DNA from: Escherichia phage PEC14
Direction: 5' to 3' (one strand)
Length of the DNA stretch: 37,268 nucleotides
Sequence record: NC_073051.1
Under the pieces are notes generated by a model. It was given only the letters and a program-made list of their open reading frames with translations, ran no database searches and was not told where the DNA came from. Position numbers and translations under genes: made by a program. Numbering within the stretch: the stretch's first letter is position 1; every line of letters starts with the position of its first letter. Shown piece after piece: positions 16,873 to 26,820 of the stretch.

Positions 16873-17235
16873 ATGGCTAAAGCACCACTCTTTACACTCG
16901 ACCCTAAGCCGACCTTTAAGCTGCCGATTGAGATCCCGCGCCCTGGTGAGAACGAACCGGGCAAAATGACGTTTACCGTGCGCCACCGCCCTATCGACGA
17001 ATTTTCGCAGACCATGCAGGACACTGAGCGCAAATTGTCGGAGTATGACGACAATGACCCGGAAGGATTTAACGTTATGGTCGAGGCCATCATGCACGTC
17101 GCTGAAGGCTGGAATTTGCCGGACGAATTTAATGCCGCCAACGTCCGCCGCCTGGTGGTCAACTACCCGCGCGCGTTCGGCGTGTTCCATACGTCGTACT
17201 ACCTCGAATTGATGGGGTTGCGTGAAAAAAACTAA
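16873..17235 (+). CDS. tail assembly chaperone (lambda G-like)
   Basis: Acidic 120-aa protein between major tail and tape measure genes; ends on slippery heptamer A_AAA_AAC. Confidence 0.65.
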   Translation: MAKAPLFTLDPKPTFKLPIEIPRPGENEPGKMTFTVRHRPIDEFSQTMQDTERKLSEYDDNDPEGFNVMVEAIMHVAEGWNLPDEFNAANVRRLVVNYPRAFGVFHTSYYLELMGLREKN

Positions 17236-17549
17236 TTGAGGCGGCGCGGCGCTTTTATGGCCCGCCGCCACCCTCCGAAGATTTAGCCGCGAGTTTATGG
17301 GGCGCGACACCTGAAGACGTGTGTCCTCCCGTTGCGCTGTGGCCCGACAACGCGAAGGTAGTCGCAGTCTTCACAGATTGCTCCACGCAATGGCGTACCG
17401 GATTCGGGGGCGCATACGGCATCGACTACGGCGTACTGGAATGGCTATTTAAGATGCACGGCATCGAAAACGCGCAACGTGCGTTTAAAGATATCAAGCT
17501 AATGGAACGCGTTGCGCTGGATGAAATGGCGCGGCAGAACCCCGCATAA
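16873..17549 (+). CDS. predicted -1 frameshift fusion product of tail chaperone (G-T-like)
   Basis: -1 frame is open from the slip site 17226-17232 to stop at 17549 and contains track ORF 17319..17549. Confidence 0.5.
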
Positions 17550-17552
17550 CGA

Positions 17553-17870
17553 AGCGGGACAGGCGGGACGTCCCGTTTTGTCCCGCCACCATTAAACTGC
17601 ATATATACTCACTACCAGTGCATAAACTAAAAGCGGGACAGGGGTGCTGTCCCGATCTGTCCCGCCCCTTAAAAGTGAATAGCTAAGCGGTTTTTCTGCA
17701 TAAAACAAACGGGACAAAAAACGGGACAGACCAGGGGCGGGACAAAGCGGGACAGCACCCTGTCCCTGCCAGTGCTGCCGCGGGTTTTAGCCGATCGGGA
17801 CAGGCGGGACAAAGCCCAGTCTTTCAGACTAGACGGGGGTCATTGGCCCCCCTCGTCTGAGACTGAATAA
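17553..17870 (+). repeat. copy 2 of duplicated element plus extended CGGGACA heptamer array (direct and inverted copies) between chaperone and tape measure genes
   Basis: About 15 CGGGACA copies; 17710-17760 and 17796-17870 match 1150-1200 and 1236-1310. Confidence 0.85.
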
Positions 17871-17933
17871 GGTTTGTTTTAAATTCGCTGATACAATGAC
17901 CGACGGCAACTGCATAAAAAGGGGGACTGCATA

Positions 17934-20579
17934 ATGGCAGATCAGGCAGCGGGCATCACGCTCAAGGCGGACGTCGCGCAAATTAAAACGGCTAATACTG
18001 TGCTGGACACATTTGCGCAGAAATCCGAGAACACAGAACAGAAAGTAAAGAAATTAAACGACACCCTCGGCAAGTCGAAAAAGGTTACTGGCGACGCCGC
18101 TGGCGGAATGGAGAAGTTAGCGACTGAATCGCAGCGTGCCGCCGATGGCATGACGAAACAGGAGCGACTCGCCAGCCGATTAGGCATGTCTACCAAAAAC
18201 CTGGGATTCGCATCGCGGAACGCCGCATTCCAGTTGCAGGATATTGCGGTAACGCTTGAGATGGGTATGCCGGTCCACCGCGTTATGCTTCAGCAGCTAC
18301 CGCAGCTTACTGGGGCGTTTGGCGGACTTGGAAACACACTGCGATATGTTGCGGGCTTTCTCGGCCCAGTAGGGATCGGCCTTTCGGCATTAACGGCGAC
18401 GTTAGGCGTAGGGGTGGCAATTACGACCCGCGCAGAGAACCAGGTGGCGGCGCTTAATAAGACGCTGGCGCTATCCGGTAATATTTCAGGCCTCACAGCT
18501 AACCAGATCCTTGTGCTGTCCGAGAACGCCGAGCGCATGGGCGGGTCATTCCGCAAGACGCGTGACACAATCCAGGCGCTGGCGGCGGCGGGTGTGAAAG
18601 CGGGTGGTGACTTCGGCGCATTGGCTAAGGTAGTTAATGACTTTGCGAAGGTGTCCAGCCAGCCGATCGAGGATGTGGTAGCGGCGGTGGCGAAGCTGTC
18701 AACCGACCCCGTTGGCGGACTGCGTGCGCTGGCGGATAAGTATCACGTCGTAAACGAAGCGCAGATCCAGCAGGTACAGTCGCTCGTTGATACGGGTCGT
18801 GAGACAGACGCAGTTGCGTTGGCTAACAAAACAGCCGCGGCGTCGTTCACCAGCATGACCAATGAGATCAAGGCGAACATGGGTACGCTTGAGCGGTCGA
18901 TGAACGTCGTTACATCGGCAGCTAAGTCTATGTGGGATGCCATCCTGGATGTGGGCCGCGCGCAGTCCTCCAATGAGTCCGAGATGAAAGCGCGCGAATC
19001 ACTACAGCGCATGACCACGGCTTACTATGCCGAGATGAAAGCGGTAAACGCTGCCGGTGGAGTGATGACCGAAGCTCAGAAAGCGCGTATTAACATGCTT
19101 TATAGCGAACTGGTCGCCCAGGAGAAAGTAGTGGCGTCGCTCACCCTTCGTAACCGTGCGGAGCGAGACAACGCCCGCGCCGCAGACGAATCCGCAAAGG
19201 CGAACGAGGAGGCTAACCGCACCGCCCGCGACCGCGCTGCGTTCGAGAAGGAGTACGCAACTAACGCGAAGAAGCGCGCAGACGAGATAGCCCGCCTCAA
19301 TTTGCTGAATAAGCGCGGCGTTATTGACGAGAAAGAGCTTGCTGAGGCGGTTAAGCAGGTAAACGAGCGTTACAAAGACCCGGCCCCGAAGAAGGCCGCG
19401 GCTGTTCGCGTGGATGCCGGTATGAAAATGCTGGAAGTCGCACGGAGCGAACTGGCCCAGCTTCGAGAATCAGGCAAACAGATCGAAGCCAACGCATCGA
19501 CGCAGACCCGCACGCAACGCGCTCAAGCGGCCCTAAACAAGCTGATCGCCGACAATGAGCAGTTAATCGCTGCGAGCAAAGAAAGAGCGCTAACGGCAGC
19601 CGAAAAGCAGCAGATGGTGGAATTTGGACGCGTGAAGGAAGTGCGCGAGCAGATCGTCGAAGAAGCCAAATTGCTGGACGCGAAAGAGAAGCAGGTTAAG
19701 GCGCACGCGCAGATCGATGCCTTCGTTAAGAACCAGAACGCCGAACTAAAAGCCACCGCGGCGGGCTATGCGCTTTCCACTCGCGAAGCGGCAAACCTGC
19801 GCGAAGAATTGCAGCTAATCGACCGTCTGAAGAGGGTTGGCGCTAACGATACCGATATAGACAAGGCGGTGTCTAAGCTGCGGGAAGTGCAGGAGGCGCA
19901 GACCGGCGCTAACGCCTCGCTATGGGATGGATTCAGTCGCGGGCTTAAGGATAGCGTGGATGAGATGGGTAACGGATATACGCAGATGACGTCACTCACA
20001 AAATTCACGTTCAGCGCTATGCAGGACACGATGAACGAGTTTTTCGAGACGGGCAAGATTAACGCGAAGGATATGGTCAAATCCATCCTGAGCGAGTTAA
20101 TCAAGCTGGCTACCTCGCAGGCGTTCAAGTCGATTGTTAGCGCTTTCGGTGGTGACGGCGGCAAAAACGGATTGTTCGGCGCTATCTTCTCGGGCCTCAC
20201 TAAGAATGCGGACGGCGGAGCGTACGCAGGAGGCAATCTGGCGGCCTATTCGGGGAAAGTGGTAAGCCAGCCTACCTTTTTCAGTTATGGCGTCCAGGCG
20301 TTCGCTAAGGGCGCAGGATTGATGGGTGAGGCCGGTCCCGAGGCCATCATGCCTCTGAAGCGCGGGCCGGACGGGAAACTGGGCGTTGCCGCTTCGGGTG
20401 CTGGCGGCGGTGGTATGGTCGTGACGACTAACGTTTACACGGGGACTGGTAAAACGGATACCAGTGTCAGCGGGCCGGACCCCCGTACCGCGCAGGCGTT
20501 CGGCAAGCAAATCACCGAGGCGGTGAAGGCTGAGATCGTGAAAGCGACGAAACCGGGTGGTGTACTTTACAAACGATGA
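17934..20579 (+). CDS. tape measure protein
   Basis: 881 aa, Ala/Gln/Lys-rich helical repeats with Gly-rich C-terminal region; directly after chaperone/frameshift gene. Confidence 0.85.
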   Translation: MADQAAGITLKADVAQIKTANTVLDTFAQKSENTEQKVKKLNDTLGKSKKVTGDAAGGMEKLATESQRAADGMTKQERLASRLGMSTKNLGFASRNAAFQLQDIAVTLEMGMPVHRVMLQQLPQLTGAFGGLGNTLRYVAGFLGPVGIGLSALTATLGVGVAITTRAENQVAALNKTLALSGNISGLTANQILVLSENAERMGGSFRKTRDTIQALAAAGVKAGGDFGALAKVVNDFAKVSSQPIEDVVAAVAKLSTDPVGGLRALADKYHVVNEAQIQQVQSLVDTGRETDAVALANKTAAASFTSMTNEIKANMGTLERSMNVVTSAAKSMWDAILDVGRAQSSNESEMKARESLQRMTTAYYAEMKAVNAAGGVMTEAQKARINMLYSELVAQEKVVASLTLRNRAERDNARAADESAKANEEANRTARDRAAFEKEYATNAKKRADEIARLNLLNKRGVIDEKELAEAVKQVNERYKDPAPKKAAAVRVDAGMKMLEVARSELAQLRESGKQIEANASTQTRTQRAQAALNKLIADNEQLIAASKERALTAAEKQQMVEFGRVKEVREQIVEEAKLLDAKEKQVKAHAQIDAFVKNQNAELKATAAGYALSTREAANLREELQLIDRLKRVGANDTDIDKAVSKLREVQEAQTGANASLWDGFSRGLKDSVDEMGNGYTQMTSLTKFTFSAMQDTMNEFFETGKINAKDMVKSILSELIKLATSQAFKSIVSAFGGDGGKNGLFGAIFSGLTKNADGGAYAGGNLAAYSGKVVSQPTFFSYGVQAFAKGAGLMGEAGPEAIMPLKRGPDGKLGVAASGAGGGGMVVTTNVYTGTGKTDTSVSGPDPRTAQAFGKQITEAVKAEIVKATKPGGVLYKR

Positions 20580-20586
20580 TAAAATG

Positions 20587-20615
20587 GCCCTCACATCCAT
20601 CGTGGGGGCTTTTTT
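20587..20615 (+). terminator. hairpin + T-run abutting the next start codon
   Basis: gccctcacatccatcgtgggggc followed by tttttt then ATG. Confidence 0.45.
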
Positions 20616-21215
20616 ATGTCACAAGGTACGATCACATTAACTAAGGGTAGTAAGACCGTTACAGGCGCGGGGACGGCGTTCCTTAGCGAGATCGGGAAGG
20701 TACTCGTATTCGCCCGCATCGACGGCAACGACTACACCGGCAAAATTGCGGCGTTCAACTCGAACACGGTCATTACACTGAAAGATAACTGGGCCGGTCC
20801 AACGAAATCCGGTGCGGTATATGAGCTAATCGAAGCACACGACCCCCGATCAAACGAATGGCCCTATTACTGGCACATGCAATTGCAGGGCGGCGGCGAC
20901 GTGCAGTTAGCTTTCCGGTCGGAGGAATTGCAATTCGGTAACGGTTACGGTCAGAACATCGCGGACGGCCCGAACGCCGAAACGAAACAGTTCCCCGTGC
21001 AATTCATAGGACTGACTACCGACAAGTGGTGTAACCCTAAGCTGGTTTACAACTTCCTTCGCGGGCACTTTGTAAAACCGTTCATCGTCACCGCGCCGGA
21101 TGGCGAGACAGGTTTATTCGTGGTCGAGCGTTCGAGCTTGTCGTACACTGACAACGGGCACTACACGGCAACGGTATCCGCCACCCTTAAAACAGCTATT
21201 GGATTCGTAAGATGA
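20616..21215 (+). CDS. minor tail protein (lambda M position) with fibre-like N-terminal domain
   Basis: First gene after tape measure; N-terminal ~65 aa resemble the N-terminus of the fibre at 28091. Confidence 0.55.
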   Translation: MSQGTITLTKGSKTVTGAGTAFLSEIGKVLVFARIDGNDYTGKIAAFNSNTVITLKDNWAGPTKSGAVYELIEAHDPRSNEWPYYWHMQLQGGGDVQLAFRSEELQFGNGYGQNIADGPNAETKQFPVQFIGLTTDKWCNPKLVYNFLRGHFVKPFIVTAPDGETGLFVVERSSLSYTDNGHYTATVSATLKTAIGFVR

Positions 21216-22000
21216 ATAAACTCTATCGTGAAGCGACGCGCTTTGACCCATCGGGCCGCGTTCGCCTGATTCACATTGACGCGCAGGACGTGGAACCCGG
21301 CGACGGCGCGATCGGCGCGGGGCACCACTATTTTCACTACTGCTTTATTCCGCACACTGCCGAGGATATTGCTGCCGCTGGGGGTGACGAGGATAAGCTA
21401 AAACCTAAATCAATCTTCTTCGGCGGGCAGGAGTTCGAATTCTGGCCCTTCGATCTGTCGGGCCTTAACTTCTCCACATCAACGGCAGCAGAACCGCAGC
21501 TGACCATTGTCGATATTGGCGGAATTATCACCCGGCTGTCGCTGAATCACGACCAGCTACTGGGCGCGAAGGTTGAGATCATTGATACGTTCGCGAAGTT
21601 CCTGGACAACGGGACAGATCCAGACCCGACGCAGAAACGAGTTCAGGAGTATTACATCGACTCGCAGGTCGGGCGCAATCCGGGCAAGCAAATCACCTTC
21701 GCACTATCCTCACCTGCGGATATGGAAGGGCAGGTCGTACCACGTCGCCAAATCATGAATATGTGCGAATGGGCGCTCAACGGGAAGTACGCCAGCGGGG
21801 ACGGGTGCACCTGGAACCTTGCGAAGCCTGGTATCAAGTATTACGACGAGCGAGGTAATGAAGTCATCGCGATGAACATGGACCGATGCGGCGGCTGTTT
21901 GTCCGACTGTTATCTTCGATTCGGGCAAGGGCTTGCGGACCCTAAAGCGGCGGTGCTGGACTTCGGCGGCTTTCCGGGGTCCAGATTAATTAAGGGGTAG
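21212..22000 (+). CDS. minor tail protein L-like
   Basis: ATGA overlap with upstream gene; C-terminal cysteine cluster (CEW...C...CGGC...C) as in Fe-S binding gpL-type proteins. Confidence 0.7.
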   Translation: MNKLYREATRFDPSGRVRLIHIDAQDVEPGDGAIGAGHHYFHYCFIPHTAEDIAAAGGDEDKLKPKSIFFGGQEFEFWPFDLSGLNFSTSTAAEPQLTIVDIGGIITRLSLNHDQLLGAKVEIIDTFAKFLDNGTDPDPTQKRVQEYYIDSQVGRNPGKQITFALSSPADMEGQVVPRRQIMNMCEWALNGKYASGDGCTWNLAKPGIKYYDERGNEVIAMNMDRCGGCLSDCYLRFGQGLADPKAAVLDFGGFPGSRLIKG

Positions 22001-22002
22001 TT

Positions 22003-22743
22003 ATGTTAACGAAGAAGGTTAAAAGCGATATCGCCGCACACGTCGCGGCCTGTCTGCCGGAAGAAGCCTGTGGCCTGGTTGTCATGGTGGGTCGTAAGCA
22101 AGTGTTCGTCCCATGTCTGAACGTATTCGAAGACCCGACCGGCGTGCGCTCACGCAAAGACGCTTTTACGATTAGTGATATGGCCTGGATGGATGCCGAG
22201 GATATGGGCGACGTCGTGCGCGTAGTCCACTCGCATCCAGGCCAGAGAGAGCTTACCCCCTCACTGGGCGACGTTAACGGATGCAACGGCAGCGGCGTAG
22301 TCTGGACCATCACTAACGAATATGGCGATTTTATCGAGATCGACCCTGAAGACCCTCCGCTGGTGGGGCGTCGATTTGTTCTCGGAATTACGGATTGTTA
22401 CGGCCTCGTCATGGACTGGCACAAAAAGCAGGGCGTAAACCTGCCAGACTTCCGCGTGCCGTATAACTGGTGGGAGACAGGCGAAAATCTGTATATGGAT
22501 AATTGGTACGGTGCTGGCTTCAGGGAATGCGAGGAGAATACGCCGGGGGCAATGGTCATCATGCAGATTAGCGCGCCAGTGCCTAACCACGCTGGGATAT
22601 TCCTTCCGGGCAACCAACTACTACACCATATCTACGGCAGTCTGTCGAGCGTAGTCCCCTTCCGGGCAGGATTTTTCCGCGACAATGTGGTTAAATGGGT
22701 CCGTCATAAAGACCTACCGGGGAATATCACAGAATGGCAATGA
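22003..22743 (+). CDS. tail tip assembly protein K-like (JAMM/MPN + NlpC/P60)
   Basis: JAMM-like HSHPGQRELTPSLGD and NlpC/P60-like Cys in GITDCYGLVMDW. Confidence 0.75.
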   Translation: MLTKKVKSDIAAHVAACLPEEACGLVVMVGRKQVFVPCLNVFEDPTGVRSRKDAFTISDMAWMDAEDMGDVVRVVHSHPGQRELTPSLGDVNGCNGSGVVWTITNEYGDFIEIDPEDPPLVGRRFVLGITDCYGLVMDWHKKQGVNLPDFRVPYNWWETGENLYMDNWYGAGFRECEENTPGAMVIMQISAPVPNHAGIFLPGNQLLHHIYGSLSSVVPFRAGFFRDNVVKWVRHKDLPGNITEWQ

Positions 22744-23351
22744 CAACGTTTAAATTGTACGGCGTCTTGGGGCGTCGTTTTGGTAGAGTGCATAAGCTGG
22801 ACTGCTTCACACCGGGCGAAGGCATCACCGGCTTGTGTGTGAAGTTGCCAGGGTTACAAGACTTTTTAATGTCCGCCCACCTGGACAACATGATGTTCAA
22901 GGTGCGCAAAGGCAACCACACAATGACCGGTTATGATGAGCTTGGCGAGTTCCACGGCAACCGCGTCGTTACCATCGCGCCGGTTATGACTGGCGCAAAA
23001 AGAGGATTGGGCCAATTGCTGGCGGGTGTTGCGATCGTAGTGGCGTCGTTCTATACGGGCGGACTTGCTACTGCCGCTTTCGGGGCTTCGGCTGCAACCG
23101 CTGCCGCTATTGGTACAGCGACGTTTTCGTTCGGCATGTCGATGGCGCTGGGTGGCGTTATGCAATTGCTGTCGCCTCAACCGAAAGGATTGCAGACACG
23201 GCAGGACGTGGATAACAAGGCTTCGTATGCGTTCGGTGGCCCGGTAAACACGACCGCGCAAGGTACGGCGCTTGGTGTATTATGGGGCGAGCGTGAGATC
23301 GGCGGCGCTATTATTTCAGCAGGAATCGTAACCGAGGATTTGAACGAATGA
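22734..23351 (+). CDS. tail assembly protein I-like
   Basis: Position between K-like and J-like genes; hydrophobic Gly/Ala-rich C-terminal half. Confidence 0.65.
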   Translation: MAMTTFKLYGVLGRRFGRVHKLDCFTPGEGITGLCVKLPGLQDFLMSAHLDNMMFKVRKGNHTMTGYDELGEFHGNRVVTIAPVMTGAKRGLGQLLAGVAIVVASFYTGGLATAAFGASAATAAAIGTATFSFGMSMALGGVMQLLSPQPKGLQTRQDVDNKASYAFGGPVNTTAQGTALGVLWGEREIGGAIISAGIVTEDLNE

Positions 23352-26300
23352 CGATTATTTACGACGTCACGGGCCATAAAGGCGGCGGTGGCAAACAGCA
23401 CACCCCACAGGAGACACCCGATAGCCTGCATTCTCTGGCTAAAATCCGCATCTTGCTTGCGCTGGGAGAAGGTGAGTTCGAAGGTATTCCAGACCCTAAC
23501 GAATTACGGCGGCGCGTATATCTGGAAGGAACACCGATCCAGAATGCAGACCTGTCTGAAAACTTCCCTGGGGCGCGTGTGGAGTTCCGCCCCGGAACAC
23601 AGCACCAGGATGTGATCCACGGATTTTCAGCGGTGGAAAGTGAGCAATCTGTCGGCGTAAAACTGGAAAACGGCACGCCGTGGGTGCGCCAGGTTAACGA
23701 CACCAGTCTGGACGCCGTTCGCATTCGCATCGGCATTCCGGCCCTGTACACTAACGAAGATAACGGCGACCTGGTGGGCGGGCGCATCGACTATAAGATC
23801 GTTGTATATACGGATAACGCCGACCCGCGTGAGTTCAGATTCGCCGCCGTTGGTAAAACAATGTCGCTATATGAGCGCGACCACCGCATCGAATTACCGC
23901 CGAACGTGAATGCCGGCTGGCGAGTGGAGGTGCACCGCATAACGGCAGACTCCACATCGGCGAAAGTTGTTAATGATATCCGGGTGCAATCCATCACTGA
24001 GATTATCGACGCCCGCCTGCGTTACCCGCTAACCGCGCTGTTGTTTGTGGAGTTCGACGCTAAAGCGTTCCAGAACATCCCGCGCGTGTCCATTAAGTGC
24101 AAAGGTCGCAAAGTTCTAATACCGAACAACTACGACCCGATCAATCATACCTATTCCGGTGACTGGGACGGCACGTTTAAACGCGCATGGACGGATAACC
24201 CTGCGTGGCACTGGTACGATATTTGTATTACTGAGCGCTTCGGCCTCGGTCGGCGTATCAAACCGCAAATGCTAAACCGATACGCGCTCTACCAGATTGC
24301 GCAGCGCTGCGATCAGTTGGTCAGCGACGGCAACGGTGGTCGAGAAATCCGCTTTAAGAATGATATGTACATTCAGTCACAGACGGATGCCTGGACCGTG
24401 CTTAAGGATTTAGCCGCCATCTTCGCCGGAATGACCTGGTGGGGCAACCAGATGTTGAATATCGTCAGTGACCAACCGGTCGCAGCAGTGTCGCACACTA
24501 TCACCAACGCCTCGGTAATTGATGGTCGATTCGACTACGCATCTGGCAGCCAGAAAACTCGCTATTCCACATTTGCGGTCGCATACGGCAACCCGAAGAA
24601 CCACTATGAAGATGCCATCGCCACGGGGCAGCGCGTCGAACTGGTACGCCGCCATAAGATTAACCGTCTTGATATTACGGCGATCGGCTGTACGCGCGAA
24701 TCTGAAGCGCAACGCCGCGGGCATTGGGCGCTAATATCCAACCAGCTTGACCAGCAAGTTAGTTTTAAGGTAGGCATGGAAGGGTTATTCTTTATTCCTG
24801 GTAGCGTAGTCGCGATCGCGGATACAAACATTTCTGGCGGATTCGAGACTCGCGGCGGTCGCCTGTTGTCGGACCCCGGAACGCGTACCGTGCTGAACAC
24901 GGACAGCGAAATCACATTCCGCCCTGGCGACAAGTTCCTGGTGCGCACCGATAGCGGTAACGTGGAGACTCGCGAGATCGCCAGCGTCAACGGCAACAAG
25001 GTCACGCTAAAAACCGCACTGGATGCCGACCCGATTCCAGACCAACCGTTTTGCGTTGATGGCGATGATATCCAGTTGCAAAAATTCCGCATCACCGATC
25101 TGGAGTATGACGACTCTACGAGCACTTTCTCGGTGCGCGGGATTGAATACAACGATAGCAAGTATGATGCCGTTGATAATGGCGCTCGCCTTGATCCTGG
25201 TATCTTCACGCAAGTGCCAGACGGTGTAATGAAGGGGCCGGAATCCGTTACCATCACCCCGTCGCAGATCTCATCGCAAGGCCAGCTAATCACCAACGTG
25301 GATATTGTTTTCCCGCCGGTGAAGGATGCCGTTGTTTATGAAATCCAGTGGCGGCGTACAAGCCTGCAGAATATGGCGGTCCAGTGGGGTAACGACTGGG
25401 TGAATATCCCACGCACGGCGTCGAATGGCGCGCACATCCCTAACGTGTTCTCCGGCAACTACCAGGCGCGCGTCCGTGCGATCGGTATGGGCGAGATTTC
25501 ATCCCCGTGGGTGTCGTCCGCCATCACGCCGGTCGAAGGTCGCCTCGGTGGGCTTAACGCACCAATCATCACCAACGCGATTTCGGGTCTGCACCAGATT
25601 CTATGGAAGTGGAACCACAACAACGCCGCTACGGATATCTCATACACCGAGCTTGAAGTGCGCAAGACGGGTGAGACGGAATGGAAATTCCTGTCCAACG
25701 TCCCATACCCAGGGTCGGATTATGCGCAAACGTCGCTGGAGTTCGGGATTTACCAGCAGTTGCGCGCCCGTGTAGCGGATAAAATCGGCAACCTGTCGGA
25801 CTGGTCCGCCCCGTTCGAAGGCCAGGTTAGTGACAAAGTTGACGAGTACATGAAGGGGCTTGAAGACGAGTTCTTGACTTCCGAGGATGGTAAACACTTC
25901 CAAGAAGCCATTAATACGATTCCGCAAGGCATTTACGAATCAATGCTCACGGACGCCCAGCAGATGTTCAACGCCCGCGCCGAGTACAAAGGGATTTACG
26001 CAGAAATCAAGGTCGCATATAACGTGGCGGCAGACGCCAACAAGGCTGTCGCGCAACTGGAAACGTTGATCGGCACTCGCCTTGACGATGCGGAAGCGGC
26101 AATCCACACGTTGCAGACAGCGCAAAGCACGCACGAGCAAGCATTCGCCCAGTATCAGCAAACTGTTGCCGCTAAGTTCGGGGAACAGGACGCCGCCATC
26201 CAGCAGGTACAAACGGCAACGGCAGACGTAGCGGGCGTGCTGGCGGAGTACAAGACCCAGGTGGCGGCACAGTTCGGTAAGCAGTCTGCAGCTATCGAGC

Positions 26301-26794
26301 AGAAGATGACGTCTTCGTTTAATCATGCTGGGGGCAGCGCCACATATAGCCTTAAGGCTGGCGTGACGTATAACGGGGCTTACTACGATGCCGGTATGCA
26401 GCTTTCCGTCGTTGCGGAAGGCGGCGCGGTTAAATCACGCATCGCGTTCAAGGCGGACCAGTTCTACATCATGCACCCGTCGAATGGGTCGCTTTCGTCC
26501 GCGTTTATCGTTGACGGCGGACAGGTGTACATTGACACGGCGCGCATCAAGAATGCGTCCATCAACTTCGCACAGATCACGGACACGCTGCAATCCAATA
26601 ACTGGAATCCGGGTAGCAGCGGCTGGCGTATCGCGAAGGATGGCGGGGCGGAGTTCAACAACGTAACGGTCCGAGGCAACTTGTTCGCGACTACGGGTAA
26701 TTTCGGATTCTCCGGCGGGTCCGTTACGATCGACGCAACGGGCGTTAACGTGCCATTACCTGGCGGTGGTAGGGTGAAAGTGGGGACGTGGTAA
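23348..26794 (+). CDS. central tail fibre / host specificity protein J-like
   Basis: 1148 aa; GAGGA SD; last gene of the M-L-K-I-J series. Confidence 0.8.
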   Translation: MTIIYDVTGHKGGGGKQHTPQETPDSLHSLAKIRILLALGEGEFEGIPDPNELRRRVYLEGTPIQNADLSENFPGARVEFRPGTQHQDVIHGFSAVESEQSVGVKLENGTPWVRQVNDTSLDAVRIRIGIPALYTNEDNGDLVGGRIDYKIVVYTDNADPREFRFAAVGKTMSLYERDHRIELPPNVNAGWRVEVHRITADSTSAKVVNDIRVQSITEIIDARLRYPLTALLFVEFDAKAFQNIPRVSIKCKGRKVLIPNNYDPINHTYSGDWDGTFKRAWTDNPAWHWYDICITERFGLGRRIKPQMLNRYALYQIAQRCDQLVSDGNGGREIRFKNDMYIQSQTDAWTVLKDLAAIFAGMTWWGNQMLNIVSDQPVAAVSHTITNASVIDGRFDYASGSQKTRYSTFAVAYGNPKNHYEDAIATGQRVELVRRHKINRLDITAIGCTRESEAQRRGHWALISNQLDQQVSFKVGMEGLFFIPGSVVAIADTNISGGFETRGGRLLSDPGTRTVLNTDSEITFRPGDKFLVRTDSGNVETREIASVNGNKVTLKTALDADPIPDQPFCVDGDDIQLQKFRITDLEYDDSTSTFSVRGIEYNDSKYDAVDNGARLDPGIFTQVPDGVMKGPESVTITPSQISSQGQLITNVDIVFPPVKDAVVYEIQWRRTSLQNMAVQWGNDWVNIPRTASNGAHIPNVFSGNYQARVRAIGMGEISSPWVSSAITPVEGRLGGLNAPIITNAISGLHQILWKWNHNNAATDISYTELEVRKTGETEWKFLSNVPYPGSDYAQTSLEFGIYQQLRARVADKIGNLSDWSAPFEGQVSDKVDEYMKGLEDEFLTSEDGKHFQEAINTIPQGIYESMLTDAQQMFNARAEYKGIYAEIKVAYNVAADANKAVAQLETLIGTRLDDAEAAIHTLQTAQSTHEQAFAQYQQTVAAKFGEQDAAIQQVQTATADVAGVLAEYKTQVAAQFGKQSAAIEQKMTSSFNHAGGSATYSLKAGVTYNGAYYDAGMQLSVVAEGGAVKSRIAFKADQFYIMHPSNGSLSSAFIVDGGQVYIDTARIKNASINFAQITDTLQSNNWNPGSSGWRIAKDGGAEFNNVTVRGNLFATTGNFGFSGGSVTIDATGVNVPLPGGGRVKVGTW

Positions 26795-26800
26795 ATGCGA

Positions 26801-26820
26801 AGGGGCCATCTGGCCCCTTT
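26801..26820. terminator. bidirectional terminator between J-like gene and convergent minus-strand gene
   Basis: aggggccatctggcccct flanked by T/A runs. Confidence 0.6.

Noticed and set aside
1149-17870. Interpretation of the two repeat copies as terminal redundancy, cos ends or a CRISPR array
   Set aside because: Copies are only ~160 bp, carry a divergent 35-bp core, and both lie inside apparently continuous operons; heptamer units are too short and irregularly spaced for CRISPR repeats and no cas genes are present.
20097-20600. 167-aa minus-strand ORF inside the tape measure gene
   Set aside because: Fully embedded antisense to a gene with clear tape-measure character.
24604-25296. 230-aa minus-strand ORF inside the J-like gene
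   Set aside because: Embedded antisense ORF with no start signals.
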